NCBI RefSeq assembly: GCF_009914755.1
Contig: NC_060947.1
Length of the DNA stretch: 64,000 bases
Source: the human T2T-CHM13v2.0 reference genome, Homo sapiens
Strand: one strand, 5' to 3'
Shown: positions 18,021-34,477 of the stretch, in pieces
Layout: each line of letters begins with the position of its first letter
Position numbering within the stretch: the stretch's first letter is position 1
Position numbers and translations under genes: made by a program
The notes under the pieces: model-generated
Database searches by the model: none
The model's input: the letters and a program-made list of their open reading frames with translations, nothing else
Told to the model about the DNA's origin: nothing

Positions 18021-19261
18021 TCAACTAAATATTTTCTAATGTAGCATTTTAAATTAAATTTTTTTTTTTTGCTATATGTTTTTGAAGAATTTGTAAGTGT
18101 TGCTTTAGGGTATGCCATATAAATATTAACTTATAGAATCCACTTCAAACTTATACTAGCATAATTCAGAAATGCTACTTATAGATAGCTCTATTATCTT
18201 TTCCTCATTTTGTGGGATTATTGTTCTATGTATGACATTAATTAATGCTACAAACCCGGTAACATATTGTTATGATTATTATTTTATCATTGGTAATTAT
18301 TTCTTTAGCCCAGCACAGCTTTACTTTTGCCAACCTCCTTTGTGCTGTTAGTGACAAATATAATACATATATATTACATTTCTATAAGTTAAAGGCCCAA
18401 AAATACATTACATACATATTATCGTACACAATTGCTTTTTAAATCAAATGAAGAAAAAAATACAAAACCTATGCATTTACACTGTCTTTTGTAGTTACAA
18501 AATTTCCTTTACCAGTGCTCTTTCTTTTTTTGTGTGGATTTGAATTACCAAATGGGATTACTGGTGTTCATCCTGAAGATTTCCTTTACTATTTTCTATA
18601 AGGCAGATTTGCTAGCAACAAATTTTTCTAGTTTTTGCTTTTCTAGTTTCCATTTCTATTAATGTTTGAATGATAGTTTGGTTGGCTATAGAATGCCTGG
18701 TGGATAGAATTTTTTTCGGAATAATTTCAATGCTTTCCCACTGCCTTATTGATCTCCATAGTTTCTTCTGAGGAGTCAGCTGTTAATACTATTAGAGTTC
18801 CCTTCTAAATAATAAGCTGTTTTTCTCTTGTTGCTTTCAGAATTTTCTTCTTGAATTTGACTTTCAGAAGTTTTACTATGATGATGTATTTATTTGTAGA
18901 TCTCTTTGTGTTTATCCTATTTGAAGTTCATTAAACATCCTGAATGTGTATGCTGTTTTTTGATAACCTTGTGAGGTTTTAAGACATTATTTCTTCACAT
19001 ATGTTTTTCTGCTTCTTCCCCTTTTCTTCTTCTGATACTGACATTACACATATGTTGGTGCACTTAATGATGACCCACATTACTCTGACAGTGTTCATTT
19101 TTCTCTATTGTTTTTTCTCTCTGTTCTTTGGCTTGCATATCTATCACTCTATCTTCAAGTTCACTTATTCCTTCTTCTGGCAGTTCAATCAATGTCTCCT
19201 CCAGTGGATTTTAAATTTTAATTATTTTGCTTTTCAACTTCAGTGCTTTCATTAGGCTCTT

Positions 19262-19720
19262 CTTTTTTTTTGTATAAATTTACAGGATGCAAGTATAGTT
19301 TCATTACATGGAGGGATTACATAGTAGTGAAGTTAGGGCTTTTAGGGTATCCATCACCTGAATAATGTACATTGTAACATTAAGTAATTTCTTATCCACT
19401 CCAAGCCCCCCACTTCTATTTTTCCAAGTTTCCATTGTCTGTTATCCCACACTGTACATCCATGTGTACTCCTTATTTAGCTTTTACTTTCAAATGCGAA
19501 CATATTGTATTTGTCTTTCTGTATCTCAGTTATTTCACTCAGGAGAATGGCTTCCACTTCTATGCATGCTGCTGCAAAAGACATGAGTTCATTCTTCTTA
19601 TGGCTGAACAGTATTCGATTGTGCAGATATACCACATTTTTAATCCAAGCATTGACTGATGGACACAGAATGATATCATATCTTTGTTATTGCAAATAGT
19701 GCTATGATTAACATGCAAGT
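19262..19720 (-). mobile_element. L1MA/L1PB 3'-end fragment
   Basis: Poly-T then antisense 3'UTR (agggcttttagggtatccatcacc...atggctgaacagtattc). Confidence 0.7.
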
Positions 19721-19958
19721 TATCTTAAAATATTTCTGTCTTTCTGCTGATATTCTCAGTTTGATATGACATTATCATATCTTGTTTTACTTCTGTAATC
19801 ATGGTTTCTTCAGTTCTATGAGCATGTTTATAATTGCTACTTTAAAGTCATTCTGATAAATCCAACATCTGATTCTTCTCATTAGCAGTTGCTTTTTTAG
19901 TGTACAGATTATAATTTCTTCTTTGTATTCCTCATAATTTTATGTTAAAAACCAGAAT

Positions 19959-20038
19959 ATTTTTATTTTTATTTTTAGAGATAGAGATAGGGTCTCACTA
20001 TATGCTGGGATGACAGGTGTGAGCCACTGTGTTCAGCC
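19959..20038 (-). mobile_element. Internally deleted Alu monomer fragment
   Basis: agagatagggtctcactat joined to gctgggatgacaggtgtgagccactgtg. Confidence 0.65.
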
Positions 20039-20048
20039 AGATCATTTT

Positions 20049-20226
20049 CACGGGTGTCCAGCCCTTTGAATTCGGGGATTTTTTGCTTATCTATGGTGGT
20101 GTAGATCACACAAATTATGCACTGACTTTCCTTTTTCTCATGAGCAATCATTAGTGTTCATGTTAGCAAAGACAATTTTTCTTCTTCCAGTGTGGCCCAG
20201 GGAAGCCAAAAGGCTAGACACGTGGG
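20049..20226 (-). mobile_element. MER30-like hAT element
   Basis: cttcttccagtgtggcccagggaagccaaaaggctagacac matches the recalled MER30 terminus; inverted terminus gggtgtccagcccttt. Confidence 0.7.
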
Positions 20227-20631
20227 TTTTAAGTAATATTTTGTAGTAACTCTGAGTACTGGTGGTCCACCCTCTAGAGTTTGTTAATGCTTTTGGCTTG
20301 TTTAGTGACTTACTGGATTACTTTAGTGTTGTCTATCCCTCTCTTCCTCACGTAGTGTTAAGCATTTGATGTCGCTCCTCATAGAGGCACAGCTTTGGGC
20401 ACTTCCACAGTCATCCTAGAATAACAGTGGTTTTGGTAGGGCTCTCTTTCTCCCCCTGACCACACAGCTCCTAAATTCTATTAATTGCAGAAAGACTTCT
20501 CTATTGCTTTCAGTGGTGCTCTGGGACATATATTGCTCTACAAATTAGTTAAATTTTGGGTTGTTTTGAAAGAGAGATTTCTGAGGTTAGTGTTTGATAC
20601 TTGTTCTGACTCCAGAAGCATTCCTCCTAGA

Positions 20632-20906
20632 TTTTTTTTTTTTTATGAAGTCTCCCTCTGTCACCCAGGCTGGAGGGCAGTGGTGTGATCTCGGCTCACT
20701 GCAACCTCCACCTCCTGGGTTCAAGCAATTCTCTGCCTCAGCCTCCTGAGTAGCTGGAATTACAGGCACCCACCACCACGCCCCGCTAATTTTTGTATTA
20801 TTAGTAGAGACGGGATTTCACCATCTTGGCCAGGCTGGTCTTGAACTCCTGACCTCTTGACCCACCTGTCTTGGCCTCCCAGAGTGCTGGGATTACGCAC
20901 CTGGCC
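20632..20906 (-). mobile_element. AluS
   Basis: Poly-T plus antisense dimer. Confidence 0.92.
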
Positions 20907-23406
20907 TGCTCAGCAGTCTTATTAGCAGGTTCTCCTCTGCAAACTAAGTGGCCTAAAGTTTAGCCTGTGTCTTGATTCTCATCCTCATTCACTTTCCTGA
21001 TATCCTCCACTGTTCTTAAAAGTGATCAAAAGCTTGAATTTATTCACAACCTTTTGCAAATTATGTCAGTTCCTTTGAAAAGAGATTAAGAGCTATTTAT
21101 TTTACAGCTTAAATCTCTCCCCAGGAAAAACCTTTGATTTAGGGATCTGGAACTGGGCTTGGAGACAATGGAAAGCTATTCACTGATTTCTTCTTCAGTA
21201 GCTGAGCTCTTAATGGTGGTGGGTGGCAGCAGCCTAAGGTCTTCTCGGATTGTCTCTTGGGTATGAAAATCTCACTTCATGAGCTAGGACAAAGGCAATC
21301 AGGGCCCTAATATTATCAGAATGTTAACTGAAAGCTAGAGCCTCAATCCCATGAGAGGGAGCTGGGTGGAAGAAGGGAGCCCCTACTTCTTGACTGCACT
21401 CACTTGAGATTAAGGATGAGAAATGCTGACATCCTGCTTCTCCCAGAAAGAAAACCCTCTTATTAAGAGCTGTAAGAGAGAGTGTCCTGTGTTTTGGGGT
21501 GCCGTAGTTTTGAGTGGAGTCTTTACCTGGTTAAGCTCGGAGGAGGAAGGGAAGGAGTAGTCTTAGTTCAAGTATCACAAATTATTGCCTTTCTTACCAA
21601 ATAGTCATAGATTTTCTTGAACAGATGTTACTTCATTTTCAGAGGGTTTAAATGGTTGCTTTCTCATAATTTTCATCAGTTTTGTTTATTTCAAGTCAGT
21701 GGATCTCCTCATGCTGTCATGCTGGAAGTAAATCTCCTTAACCTGTTATATACAATTTTTAACTGAAAAATAAGTCTATCATCATTTTATGTCACTAAAT
21801 ATAGATTTATACCAACATTTGTAATGTCTGTCATATTTTTATTTCCATAGGTTATTGGGGAAAGGTGGTGTTTGGTTACATAAGTAAGTTCTTTAGTGGT
21901 GATTTGTGATATTTTGGTGCACCCATCACCCGAGCAGTACACACTGCATCATATTTGTAGTCTTTTATTCCTCATCTCCTTCCCACTCCCTCAGAGTCCC
22001 CAAAGTCCATTGTGTCATTCTTTTGTCTTTGCATCGTCGTAGCTTAGCTCTCACTTATAACTGAAAACATATAATGTTTGGTTTTCCGTTCTTGAGTTAC
22101 TTCACTTAGAATAATAGTCTCCAATCTCACCCAGGTCGCTGCAAATGCCATTGATTCTTTCCTTCCTATGGCTGAGAGTTATTCCATATATATCATATAT
22201 ATTACAGTTTCTTTATCCATTCATTGATTGATGGGCATTTGGGTTGATTCCACGTTTTTGCAATTGTGAATTGTGCTGCTATAAACATGTGTGTGCAAGT
22301 ATCTTTTTTGTATAATGACTTCTTTTCTCCTGGGTAGATACCGGTTGCTGGGATTGCTGAATCAAACAGTAGTTTTATTTTTAGTTAATTAAGGAAAACA
22401 CTGTTTTCCACAGTGGTTGTACTAGTTTACATTCCCACCAGCAGTGTAGAAGTGTTCCCTGTTCACCGCATCTATGCCAACATCTACAATTTTTTTTTCA
22501 TTTTTTGATTATGGCCATTCTTGTAGGAGTAAGGTGGTATTGCACTGTGGTTTTGATTTGCATTTCTCTGATCATAAGTGATGTTGAGCATTTTTTCATA
22601 TGTTTGTGTGTCATTTGTATATCTTCTTTTGAGAATTGTCTATTCATGTCCTTAGCCCACTTTTTGATGAGATTGTTTGTTTCTTCTTGCTGATTTGTTT
22701 GAGTTCATTGTAGATTCTGGGTATTAGTCCTTTGTCAGATGTATAGATTTTGAAGATTTTCTCCTATGCTGTGGTTTTTCTGTTTACTCTGCTGACTGTT
22801 CCTTTTGCTGTGCAAAAGTTCTTTGGTTTAATTAAGTCTCAGCTATTTATCTTTGTTTTCACTGCATTTGCTTTTGGGTTCTTGGTCATGAAATCTTTGC
22901 CTAAGCCAATGTCTAGAAGGGTTTTTCCAATGTTATCTTCTAGAATTTTTAGTTTCAGATCTTAGATTTTAAGACCTTTATCCATCTTGAGTTGATTTTT
23001 GTATAAGGTGAGAGATGGGGATCCAGTTTCATTCTCCTATATGTGGCTTGCCAATTAAACCAGCACAATTTGTTGAAAAGGGTGTCCTTTCTCCACTTTA
23101 TGTTTTTGTTTGCTTTGTCAAAGATCAGTTGGTTGTAAGTATTTGGGTTTATTTCTGGGTTCTCTATTCTGTTCCATTTGTCTATGTGCCTATTTTTATA
23201 CAAGTACCATGCTGCTTTGGTGACTATGGACTTATAGTATAGTTTGAAATCAGGTAATGTGATGCCTCCAGATTTGCTTTATTTGCTTAGTCTTGCTTTG
23301 GCTATGTGAGCTCTTTTTTTTGTTCTATATGAATTTTAGGAATTTTTTTTCTAATTCTGTGAAGAATGATGGTGGTATTTTGATGGGAATTGCGTTCAAT
23401 TTGTAG

Positions 23407-23754
<348 letters not shown>

Positions 23755-24784
23755 TAAGTATGGTCATTTGCACAACATTGATTTTACCCATTCATGAGCA
23801 AGCGATGTGTTTCAGTTCTTTGCGTCATCTATAATTTCTTTCAGCAGTGTTTTGTAGTTTTTCTTGTAGACGTCTTTCACCTCCTTGGTTAGGTATATTC
23901 CTAAGTATTTTATTTGTTTTGCAGCTATTGTAAAAGGGATTGAGTTCTTTATTTGATTCTCTGCTTGGTCACTGTTAGTGCATAAAAAAGCTACTGATTT
24001 GTGTACATTAATTTTGCATCCGGAAACTCTGCGGAATTCTTTTATCATTTCTAGGAGCTTTCTGGAAAAGTCTCTAGGGTTTTCTAGGTAAATAATCATA
24101 TCATCAGCAAACAGCAACAGTTTGACTTCCTCTTTACTGATTTGGATGCCCTTTATTTCTTTATCTTGTCTGATAGCTCTGGCTAGGACTTCCAGTACTA
24201 TGTAGAAGAGGGGTGGTGAGAGTGGGAATTCTTGTGTTGTTCCACTTCTCAGAGGGAATGCTTTCCACATTTTCCCATTCAGAATTATGTTGGCTTTGTG
24301 TTTGTCATTGATGACTTTTAGTGCATTGAGGTATGTTCCTTTTATACTAATTTTGTTGAGAGTTTTTAACCATAAAGCGATGCTGGATTTTGTTGAATGC
24401 TTTTTCTGCATATATTGAGATGATCTTGTGATTTTTGTTTTGGATTCTTCTTATGTGATGTATCACATTTATTGACTTGTGTATGTTAAACCATCCCTGA
24501 ATCCCTGGTATGAAACTCACTTAAACATGGTGGATTATCTTTTTGATATGTTGTTGCATTAAGTCAGCTAATATTTTGTTAAGGACTTTTTACATCTATG
24601 TTCATCAGGGATATTGGTCTGTAGTTTTCTTTTTTGATTATGTCCTTTCCTGGTTTGGGTATTAGGGTGGTAGTGGCTTCATAGAATGATTTACAGAGGG
24701 TTTCCTCTTTCTCTATATTGTGAAATGGTGTCAAAAGCATTGGTACCAATTCTTCTTTGAATGTCTGGTAGAATTCTGCTGTGA

Positions 24785-25140
<356 letters not shown>

Positions 25141-25270
25141 TGTAATTTTTTATTACCATTTCAATCTCACTGCTTGTTATTGGTCTACCCAGTGTATGTA
25201 ATTCTTCCTGATTTAAGCTAGGAAGGTTGTATCTTTCCAGGAATTTATTCATCTCCTCTAGGTTTTCTAG

Positions 25271-25723
<453 letters not shown>

Positions 25724-26076
25724 TAATAGTTTATCAGTTTTACTTATTTATTCAAAGAACCAGTTTTTTGTTTCCTTTATCTTTTTGTTTTGTTTTGTTT
25801 CAATCTTGTTTACTTACTTATGATTTGATCTTGCTTATTTCATTTCTTCTGCTGGGTTTGGGTATGGTTTGTTCTTGTTTCTCTAGTTCCTTGAGGTGCG
25901 AATGCCTCTTTGTGCTCTTTCAGATTTTTTGATGTAGGCATTTAGGGCTATGAACTTTCCTCTTAGTATTGCCTTTGCTGTATCCCAGAGGTAAAAATCT
26001 AATTTTAAATCAAATTCCTTACTGATGTGCATTTGAGTTTTCTTATCGCAACTTTTTGCTGTCACAATTCACATTT

Positions 26077-27822
<1,746 letters not shown>

Positions 27823-28204
27823 CAATTCACATTTCAATGGACATTCTGGTACGGACATATATACACCTTCACACATTTCTCACATTATTTCCTTAGGATA
27901 AATCCCTAGAAAAGAAATTGCTGGCTGTAAATTGCATTTTATTTTAACATTATGCCAATTCAGATTATTCACTAAGTTCCACTGACCTAGCTCTTTTTCT
28001 TCAGTCTAGAGCAGCTCAATTTCTCAGGTTGATCACAAGCAGCCTGTCACTGGTCTCCTCTTCTGCACACTGCTCTCTTTAAAACGCTCTCCTAGTTTCA
28101 CCTTCCAAAATTCCCCATCTTTCCTTCCAAATTCATAATGCCCATTCTACCCCCAGCTTGCCTGGAGGGAAGTTCAATTCATGTAAAAATTGATTTGAGT
28201 GTAT

Positions 28205-28390
28205 AATCTGGAGTTAGGTAGTGTGGGTTCATATTACACCTTGGATACTGATTAGCTGTGAGATGTGATCAAGATACTTAATATTTTGATGTTCCACTTT
28301 CTTTATCTCAAAAGTAAAGATGATACCTACATTATAAACAAATTGGGAAGATTATATCAGCCAATGAACATATGTAGAAGGAGCATTGAC
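28205..28390 (+). mobile_element. MIR
   Basis: tagctgtgagatgtgatcaagatacttaat...tttctttatctcaaaag core-like sequence. Confidence 0.55.
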
Positions 28391-28392
28391 TA

Positions 28393-28630
28393 CTAGCCTG
28401 GGCAACATAGTGAGACCTCCATCTCTACAAAAAAAAAAAAAAAATAGTTGGGTGTGGTGGTGTGCACCTGTAGTCCCAGATACTTGGGAGCCTGAAGTAG
28501 GAGAATCACTTGAGTTCAGGAGAGTGAGCCTACAATGAGCCATAATCATGCCACTGTACTCCAGCCTGGATGACAGAGCAAGACTCTGTCTCAAAAACAA
28601 ACAAACAAAGAAACAAATAAGAAAACAAGA
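28393..28630 (+). mobile_element. 5'-truncated AluJ
   Basis: agcctgggcaacatagtgagacc...A-rich tail. Confidence 0.88.
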
Positions 28631-29099
28631 AATATTGCCTAGTTCATAGTGAGTGTTTAATAATTGATATATTATTAGTTGTATTTCCTCTTAATGAATG
28701 ACTAGAATGAGTCATATTCCAGAACATATTTCTATGTTTTAGGGAGACTTATGTCCCAGTCTGAGGGAAGTTTAAGTCTCATTTCACCTGAATAGTAGCT
28801 AAAGTATTATCTGAATTGTGTTTTCCTTCTTGTTTTGGTCTTGCTCAGGTGTCAGAGAAATCTCTGAGTAAATTAAATTATGAAAACATTTGCTTTAGAA
28901 TTACTCTTGTTGGTTACTCATGGGCCATATCACATTGAACTTTCAACAAGTTTACATATAGCACTAGCAGTTTTCTGTGAGTTCTCTAACAAATGGATTT
29001 TCAATTAGCATTTCATTGTCAGTTTGAGCTCAGTCTTATGTAATACAATCCTTTTGACATTTTATCATCAGTAACAGGAGCATAATGTAAAATAAAAAA

Positions 29100-29480
29100 C
29101 ACTAGCTAAAAATTAAAACAATTGAACTCATGGAGATATCAAGTAGAATGATGGCTACCAGAAGCTGGGAAGGGTAGTGGGGAGGAAGGATTAGGGATAA
29201 TTAATGGATACAAAAATGTAGTTAGATAGAATAAATGATATCTAGTATTTGACAGCACAACAGGATGACTACAGTCAACAACAATTTATTGTACATTGAA
29301 AAATAACTAAAAACATACAATTGAAATGTTTGTAACACAAAAATTAATTATAAATGCTTGAGGTGATGGATACTTCATTTACCCTGATGTGATTATTACA
29401 CTTTGTATGCCTCTATAAAAATATTTCAGGTATTCCACATATATACTACGTACTCATAGGAAAAATCAAAAAACAAAACA
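29100..29480 (+). mobile_element. L1MA 3'-end fragment
   Basis: attgaactcatggagat...agtagaatgatggctaccagaagctgggaagggtag...aaatgcttgaggtgatggata. Confidence 0.75.
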
Positions 29481-29552
29481 AACCATGTTGGGGAATACAC
29501 TTTAATAGAAATTTATATGCAACTGTTTCCGTATACACATTGGGATCAAATT

Positions 29553-29726
29553 GTGTATATATAAATATATATATACACACACACATATATATGTGTATAT
29601 ATATATGTGTATGTGTATTTATGTATACACATATATATACCACATATATACACACATATATACACATATATATACATATATATACATATATATACACATA
29701 CACATATATATATATATACACATATA
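29553..29726. repeat. Compound (TA)/(CA)/(TG) microsatellite
   Basis: Directly visible. Confidence 0.95.
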
Positions 29727-30209
29727 GTTACCTACTTTTATTATTTAACAATTAAACATTTTTCAATGTCTGTAAAGGTTTTATGTGTGATTTTAATGGC
29801 CATATTTTAATCAAATTATTTACTTATTTTTATTGAACCAGTCCTCTTTTGTAGAGTATTAAGGTTGTTCCCAATTGTTCAATGATAAGAAATGCAGCAA
29901 TAAACATTTGTGTACATATATTTCTTGAATGATTCTGAATATTTCCTTAGGGTAAATTCTTAGAAGTAAAATTGTTGGGTAAGAAGGATGCACATTTAGA
30001 TTTTTTTTTGATGATATTGCCAAATTGCCATTCAGAAAGGTTACACTTAATTTTTACTCCCACTCAGTATCTGTTTTCCTATACTCACCCAAACACTGGG
30101 TATTAGCACTTACGAATTCTTTACTAATTTAATAATCTCTGTCTCCAGATGATATATCACTTTAATTTGTACTTTTTGGATTACTAACATATTTTAAATT
30201 GTTTAACAA

Positions 30210-30492
30210 CATGGCTCATACCTGCAATCCCAACATTTTGGGAGGCCTAGGAGGGAGGATTGCTTGAGGCCAGGAATTCAAGACCAGCCTGGGCAACATA
30301 CACAGACCCCATCTCGACAAAAAAATTAAAAAAATAGCTGGGCGTGGTGGCATGAACCTGTAGCTCTAGCAACTTGGGAGACTGGGGCAGGAGGATCATT
30401 TGAGCCCAGGAGTTCAAGGCTGTAGTGAGCTGTGACTGTGCACTGAACTCCAGCCTGGGCAACAGAGCAAGACCCTGTCTCTTAAAAAAAAA
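30210..30492 (+). mobile_element. AluJ
   Basis: ggaggattgcttgaggccaggaattc...tttgagcccaggagttcaaggctg. Confidence 0.9.
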
Positions 30493-30589
30493 GTGAAGCT
30501 CAGTGCAGAGGATGTCAAGATTTGCACTCAGGTACCAAAAACTGACTGAAGAACAGGCTGCTGTAGATGTGGCTGTAAAGCAGCTTATG

Positions 30590-31230
30590 TGGAAACTTTT
30601 CAGGGTTTTAGTTGACAGTCAATTCAGTATAAGCCAACAGTGTGATATGGTTGCCAATAAAGCTAATTTAAATTTAGGAGGGCATTAATAAAAGTTTAGC
30701 ATCTTGGACAAGAGAGGCGACAGTCTTACTTTATTTCTCTTAAATCAGTCTGCACCTGGGACACAGCCCACACAAGCTGTAGGTCCAGATGATTAACTGT
30801 GGCTCAAACAGTTCAAAGTATATCCAGAAGAGAATGAGCAGTCTGGAGAAAGAAGAGGAAATGTGACCTATGAAGAGTGGCTGAATTATCTTAGAAGAAA
30901 AGAAGACTGAGGGGACTGTGGCCTCTGTTTTCAGAGCTTGGAGCAATCATGGGGCAGAGTGAGTAGGTACATTTTGGGTGGTGACAGGGTGCAAAGCAGG
31001 ATACAAGGGTAAATATCATGGGAAGAATAATTTCAGCTCAACCCAAAGAATCCCATTCTAAAAGTGATCTTGGAAAGGTCAGCCTGGAGTGATCGATTCT
31101 CATTATCAGAGTTATCCCATCAGTGGCTGGATGACTACTTAGCAGGTAGTCATTTGAGAGGTTCAAACATGGGACAGAGGCTTGCACTAGATTCTTTTAA
31201 CCTCCATCTCAGTCCTGATGTTCTAGGTCT
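30590..31230 (+). mobile_element. L3/CR1 fragment
   Basis: ttttagttgacag...aagccaacagtgtgatatggttgcc...aaagctaat resembles the recalled L3 3' region. Confidence 0.55.
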
Positions 31231-31311
31231 CCATAAATGCTACTGCTCCTAATCACCTTACTCAGAGCCATAGGTCCAACAGCTTTGTTGGGGGAGAAGA
31301 AGACTTGTAAA

Positions 31312-31858
31312 GCAGTGTGTCTCAAATTTAAAATGCATGCTAAATACTTGTTAAAAAGTAGGTTCAGATTCAGTAGATCATGAATGGGGCCTGAGATTCT
31401 GCATTTCTATCAAATTCTAAGTGAAGGTAACAAGTCGTTAGCATGAATTTTAAATTGGGATGATATAGTCCCCCAAAGGGTACAAATTTACTCTTGGTGT
31501 GGGGATGGAGGAATCTTAGCTATTACCCTGGTTTGTGGACCTCCAAAGGGCCACAGTATATAAACAGTTATATATTAAATGCGTGATATTAACATTTTAT
31601 GGGTGAGATAATTTGGAAAAAAAATTTAGAAACAATAAAAAAGGCCAAGAAATACTATATTGGAGAGTCATCTAGAGCAATGGCTTTCAATCTTGACTCA
31701 ACGTTAGAATAATTTGGGGAGTTTTAATATTTTGGATTCCTGGACTACACCCTTCGAGAGTCCCTCCTTATTGGGCTGGCGTATGCCTTGGACATTGGTT
31801 TTTGTTAAAGCTCCCTAGATGATTCTAATGTGTGACCAAGCTCAAGAACCACTGGTCT
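31312..31858. mobile_element. Cluster of MER5/hAT-Charlie fragments
   Basis: cagattcagtagatc...ggggcctgagattctgcatttcta; aagctccctagatgattctaatg...agaaccactg. Confidence 0.65.
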
Positions 31859-32144
31859 AGAGAGAGGGTAAGAGGGTAAGATGCAGAGATGAGAGAAAAG
31901 GTGTGTGAGGCATGTGGGAGCTGAGGATGGGCATGGATTATTGAAAAAATGGAAGACCCCCTAGAATATTCAACAGGAACCATTTCATGTTAAGAGCCTT
32001 GGGAAAGTGTCAGAATGTCCCTTGTCCTGTTATTGGGTGGGAAAAAACAACATAAAAAACAAGGAACCAAGGCAGAAAGAGGAGAAGAACACCGCATGGA
32101 GTGGCAATTAAAAGGGTAGAGTCTGCAATAGAGTGATACAGAAG

Positions 32145-32630
32145 CTGGGTCAAATGGCAGTTTTGTTTTTAGGTCTTTGAGGAATCGTCACACTGTATTC
32201 CACAATGGTTGAACTAATTCACATTCCAACCAACAGAGTAAAAGTGTTCCTATCTCTCTGTAGCCTCACAAGCATCTGTTGTGTTTTTGTCTTTTTAACA
32301 ATTGCCATTCTGACTGGCATGAGATGGTATCTCATTGTGGTTTTGATTTGCATTTCTCTAATTATCAGTGATGTTGAGCTTCTTTCCGTATGTTTTTTGG
32401 TTGCATAAATGTCGTCTTTTGAGAAGTTCCTGTTCATGTCCTTTGCCCATTCTTAAATAGGGTTATTTTTTTCTTGTAAATTTATTTAAATTCCTCTTAG
32501 ACTCTGAATATTAGACCTTGTCAGCTGGACAGGCTGCAAACATTTTGGCTAGATCAGTTGACTGTATTTTTGTGGATTTATTGCTGGGCCCCCTATTCTG
32601 TTCCATTGGTCTACATGTCTACCTTTATGA
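32145..32630 (-). mobile_element. L1P ORF2 C-terminal fragment
   Basis: ORF 32219..32437 ([14 protein letters not shown]). Confidence 0.8.
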
Positions 32631-33317
32631 GGCTCTGTCTCAAAAAAAATTGTACTTTAATTATCTCTGTTTTTCCAAGGCATAGCATAATTTCTGCAAC
32701 AAAGTGGTTAGTCAACAAATGTTTATTCAAACTAAGCCAAAAGTTATGGAAATTTAACATCTTGGCAATTATGGGATGAATGGTTGCTAAATCTCTAGCT
32801 ATACCACAGGGCGGGCCTGGGCCCATGACTGGCACTTCCAAGTGCCAGGTAGAAGGCAGAATATGACTTCAACTTAAAAAAGAGGAGCCATGGGAGCCAA
32901 ATTACTGGGGTCTGTAGACAGGAAATAGTGAGAACCAGGTATTGTCAGTCTAGATTCCTTTTCAGCAGAAGGTTTCCTGGGTTGACCAACATGATAGAGA
33001 TGCTCCAAGCCATGACTGCTAAAATGTAGCAAGTAGAAAACACTTCAATTTACTCTAAAATCCCGTAACTTATCTTTCTCTCTCAAGTATCTCTCCTATT
33101 TAATCCATCTACACTGCCACCAGAATTGTCTTCCCCAATACCTCTTAACTTTCCCTCTTATCATAAACCTTCAGATGATCCCTATTATGTCATATTCATC
33201 CACCCTTCTCAGCCTGACCATATAAGCTCTTTTGTAACCTGACATCAACCTCTCTGAGCAAAGTAGACAGCCATTCTCATATAGCACCTACTTTCTTGTC
33301 CTTCACACACACTTCAG

Positions 33318-33507
33318 ACAAATGGGTCTTAAACTTGAGAACATATCAGAATCTCTTGGAATGCCTGTTACAAAATGCATATATACTTCTCCTCTAAATT
33401 CTGACTTAATAGGCCTGAAGTGAGGCCTTCAAATTACTTATTTTTAAACACTCATACCAGATGATTCTGAGACAAGTGGTCCAGAGACCACATCTGGAGA
33501 ACTACCA
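33318..33507. mobile_element. MER5-like
   Basis: aaattctgacttaataggcctgaagtgaggcc...cagatgattctga...gaccacatctggagaact. Confidence 0.6.
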
Positions 33508-34062
33508 AAGACAGTCAACCTCTATTATTTTGCCAAGAGGTGACATCTGCTTTAAGAGTTATCTGACTGGCTTATTACACCTTGATGTGGATGCATTTCA
33601 GCTTATCAGGTTCTGTCTGCCCAGACACCTACTAGCCAGATATTCCTAATGTCCTGCCTCAGACTGATGGGGTCTGCTGCCATAGATATCATTCACATGG
33701 CATTTATTATTTCTGAGTCTATAATCAGCTGCCAGTCCAACGTCTGGGGTTTGCTGCTGACCTTTATCTAGGACTTGGCTCCGAAGATTTTTTGACTTGC
33801 TTTAACCTGATGTTCAGGGCTAATATTCAGGCAGTTTACACCTGTATGGCAGTGCCAGTTCCTAAATACTGAAATACTTCCATACCAGTTGGTAAATAGT
33901 AACTACACTAAGCCCCTTGTGTGCCCCCCATTGTTCCAGTCCCTCACTTTCTACTCCCATACCTTCCTGGAATCCAGCAACTAAAGGGGTAATACCTCCA
34001 GAACTCTGCTCCAGTATTACAGGCCTATATCCCTTCAGATGGATTGCAGCAGTATTATACAG

Positions 34063-34426
34063 TGTACTAGCCTGTTCTCATGCTGCTAATAAAGACATAC
34101 CCAAGACTGGGTAATTTAAAAAGAAAAAGAAGTTTAATGGACTCACTGTTCAACATGGCTGGTAAGGCCTCACAATTATGGCAGAAGGTGAAGGTGGAGC
34201 AAAGTCACATCTTACATGGTGGCAGGCAAAAGAGAATATGCAGGGGAACTCCCCTTAATAAAATCATCAGATCTCATGAGACTTATTCACTATCAAGAGA
34301 ACAGCACAGGAAAGACCCACCACCATGATTCAATTACCTCCCACCACTTGCCTCCCACAACAGTGGGAATTATGGGAGCTACAATTCAAGATAACATTTG
34401 GGTGGGGAAACAGCCAAACTATATCA
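34063..34426 (-). mobile_element. THE1 solo LTR
   Basis: TG...CA termini with a 5-bp TSD tacag (34058-34062, 34427-34431). Confidence 0.92.
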
Positions 34427-34477
34427 TACAGGACAGTAAGTATTTTGAATATTACTTCTATGTGTGCCCAATCTTTT

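Larger units (their letters stand above)
18021..21730 (-). mobile_element. Old L1M continuation (ORF1/5' region), interrupted
   Basis: Resumes across the 17-bp TSD; degenerate antisense L1M motifs (gaggagtcagctgtta, ttcaagttcacttatt). Right boundary approximate. Confidence 0.55.

Noticed and set aside
29446-29810. Tyr/Ile/His-rich ORFs
   Set aside because: Translations of a TA/CA microsatellite.
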